A stretch of DNA of 64,000 bases from Gemmatimonadota bacterium. GTDB lineage: Bacteria; Gemmatimonadota; Gemmatimonadetes; Palauibacterales; Palauibacteraceae. A program made the position numbers and the translations under genes. Position 1 is the stretch's first letter, and every line of letters starts with the position of its first letter. Shown piece after piece: positions 63,685-64,000 of the stretch. The notes beneath the pieces are model-generated. The model saw nothing but the letters and a program-made list of their open reading frames with translations, ran no database searches and had not been told where the DNA came from. The stretch is taken from contig JBDHBD010000021.1 in assembly GCA_039587755.1 (NCBI GenBank), positions 8,027-72,026 on the forward strand, in the 5' to 3' direction.

Positions 63685-64000
63685 TATGGCCTCCAATCGG
63701 CAGTTCAAGGACGCTGTGTACGAGCAGCTCGGGAGAATCGGGAAGGCCGTTGCCAGCCCTCGTCGCCTGGAGCTCTTGGATCTTCTCTGCCAAGGACCTC
63801 GGACCGTGGAGGCACTGGCCGGGGCCGTAGACCAGAGCCTGGCAAACACCTCGCAGCATCTTCAGGTGCTGCGCAGAGCGCGGCTTGTCGAGGCTGAACG
63901 CGACGGTGTTTTCGTGAGATACCGCCTCGCTGACGAGATGGTGTGTGACTTCTTCCGCTCGCTGCGACGGCTTGCTGAAGCGCGTCTGGCTGAGGTGGAG
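63685..64000 (+). CDS. ArsR/SmtB-family transcriptional regulator (3' end beyond window)
   Basis: Translation MASNRQFKDAVYEQLGRIGKAVASPRRLELLDLLCQGPRTVEALAGAVDQSLANTSQHLQVLRRARLVEAERDGVFVRYRLAD… shows a winged-HTH of the ArsR type. Not in the ORF table because no stop falls within the window. Confidence 0.65.

Overview
High-GC (~68%) bacterial chromosomal segment, densely coding on both strands. The N-terminal Ser/Thr-kinase motif and general gene content suggest Gemmatimonadota/Acidobacteria-like origin, but that is inference only. No rRNA, tRNA, CRISPR array or transposase was recognised.

Main blocks, in order:
- Two tandem citrate synthase paralogs.
- A 7.6-kb minus-strand operon (2785-10434): rhodanese-MBL(PDO-like) fusion, TusA, DsrE-like protein, a fused 4x[4Fe-4S]/NrfD-type membrane subunit, a ~977-aa cytoplasmic-type Mo-bisPGD catalytic subunit and a TorD-family chaperone. 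This is the most interesting candidate system: a SoeABC/PsrABC-like sulfur-oxyanion oxidoreductase wired to a persulfide relay.
- Three small lipoprotein genes.
- A 2-oxoacid:ferredoxin oxidoreductase operon whose gamma and delta subunits sandwich a GltD/NfnB-like NAD(P)H module in one polypeptide.
- A TolC-MFP-RND efflux operon with unusual direct repeats in its internal spacer and an RGD-repeat tail on the pump.
- A GspG/H/I/J/K-like pseudopilin cluster interrupted by an HD-GYP c-di-GMP phosphodiesterase.
- Divergent phytase-like and NPP phosphoesterase genes.
- Tandem duplicated TonB genes that share a GAAAC-N3-GTTTC promoter palindrome.
- An SLC13-type transporter, NTF2-like secreted proteins and a 1100-aa BNR/sortilin-like protein.
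- An XRE-HTH + nucleotidyltransferase (TA-like) pair sitting where a Ser/Thr kinase gene has been truncated.
- A PQQ-dehydrogenase / Tat-secreted FAD-oxidase pair.
- A small membrane protein - ankyrin-repeat - SET-domain cassette.
- A beta-lactamase-family gene with two compensating frameshifts.
- A TetR regulator with three GTTGAC-N3-GTCAAC operators.
- A 71-bp dispersed repeat present twice, 8.3 kb apart.
- A B12-binding radical SAM gene, SixA, RtcA, two SPFH-family scaffold genes (a stomatin-like gene and floA) flanking small phage-like genes, and a partial ArsR-family regulator with an upstream palindrome.

Coordinates of refined starts were derived by codon arithmetic from the supplied ORF track.
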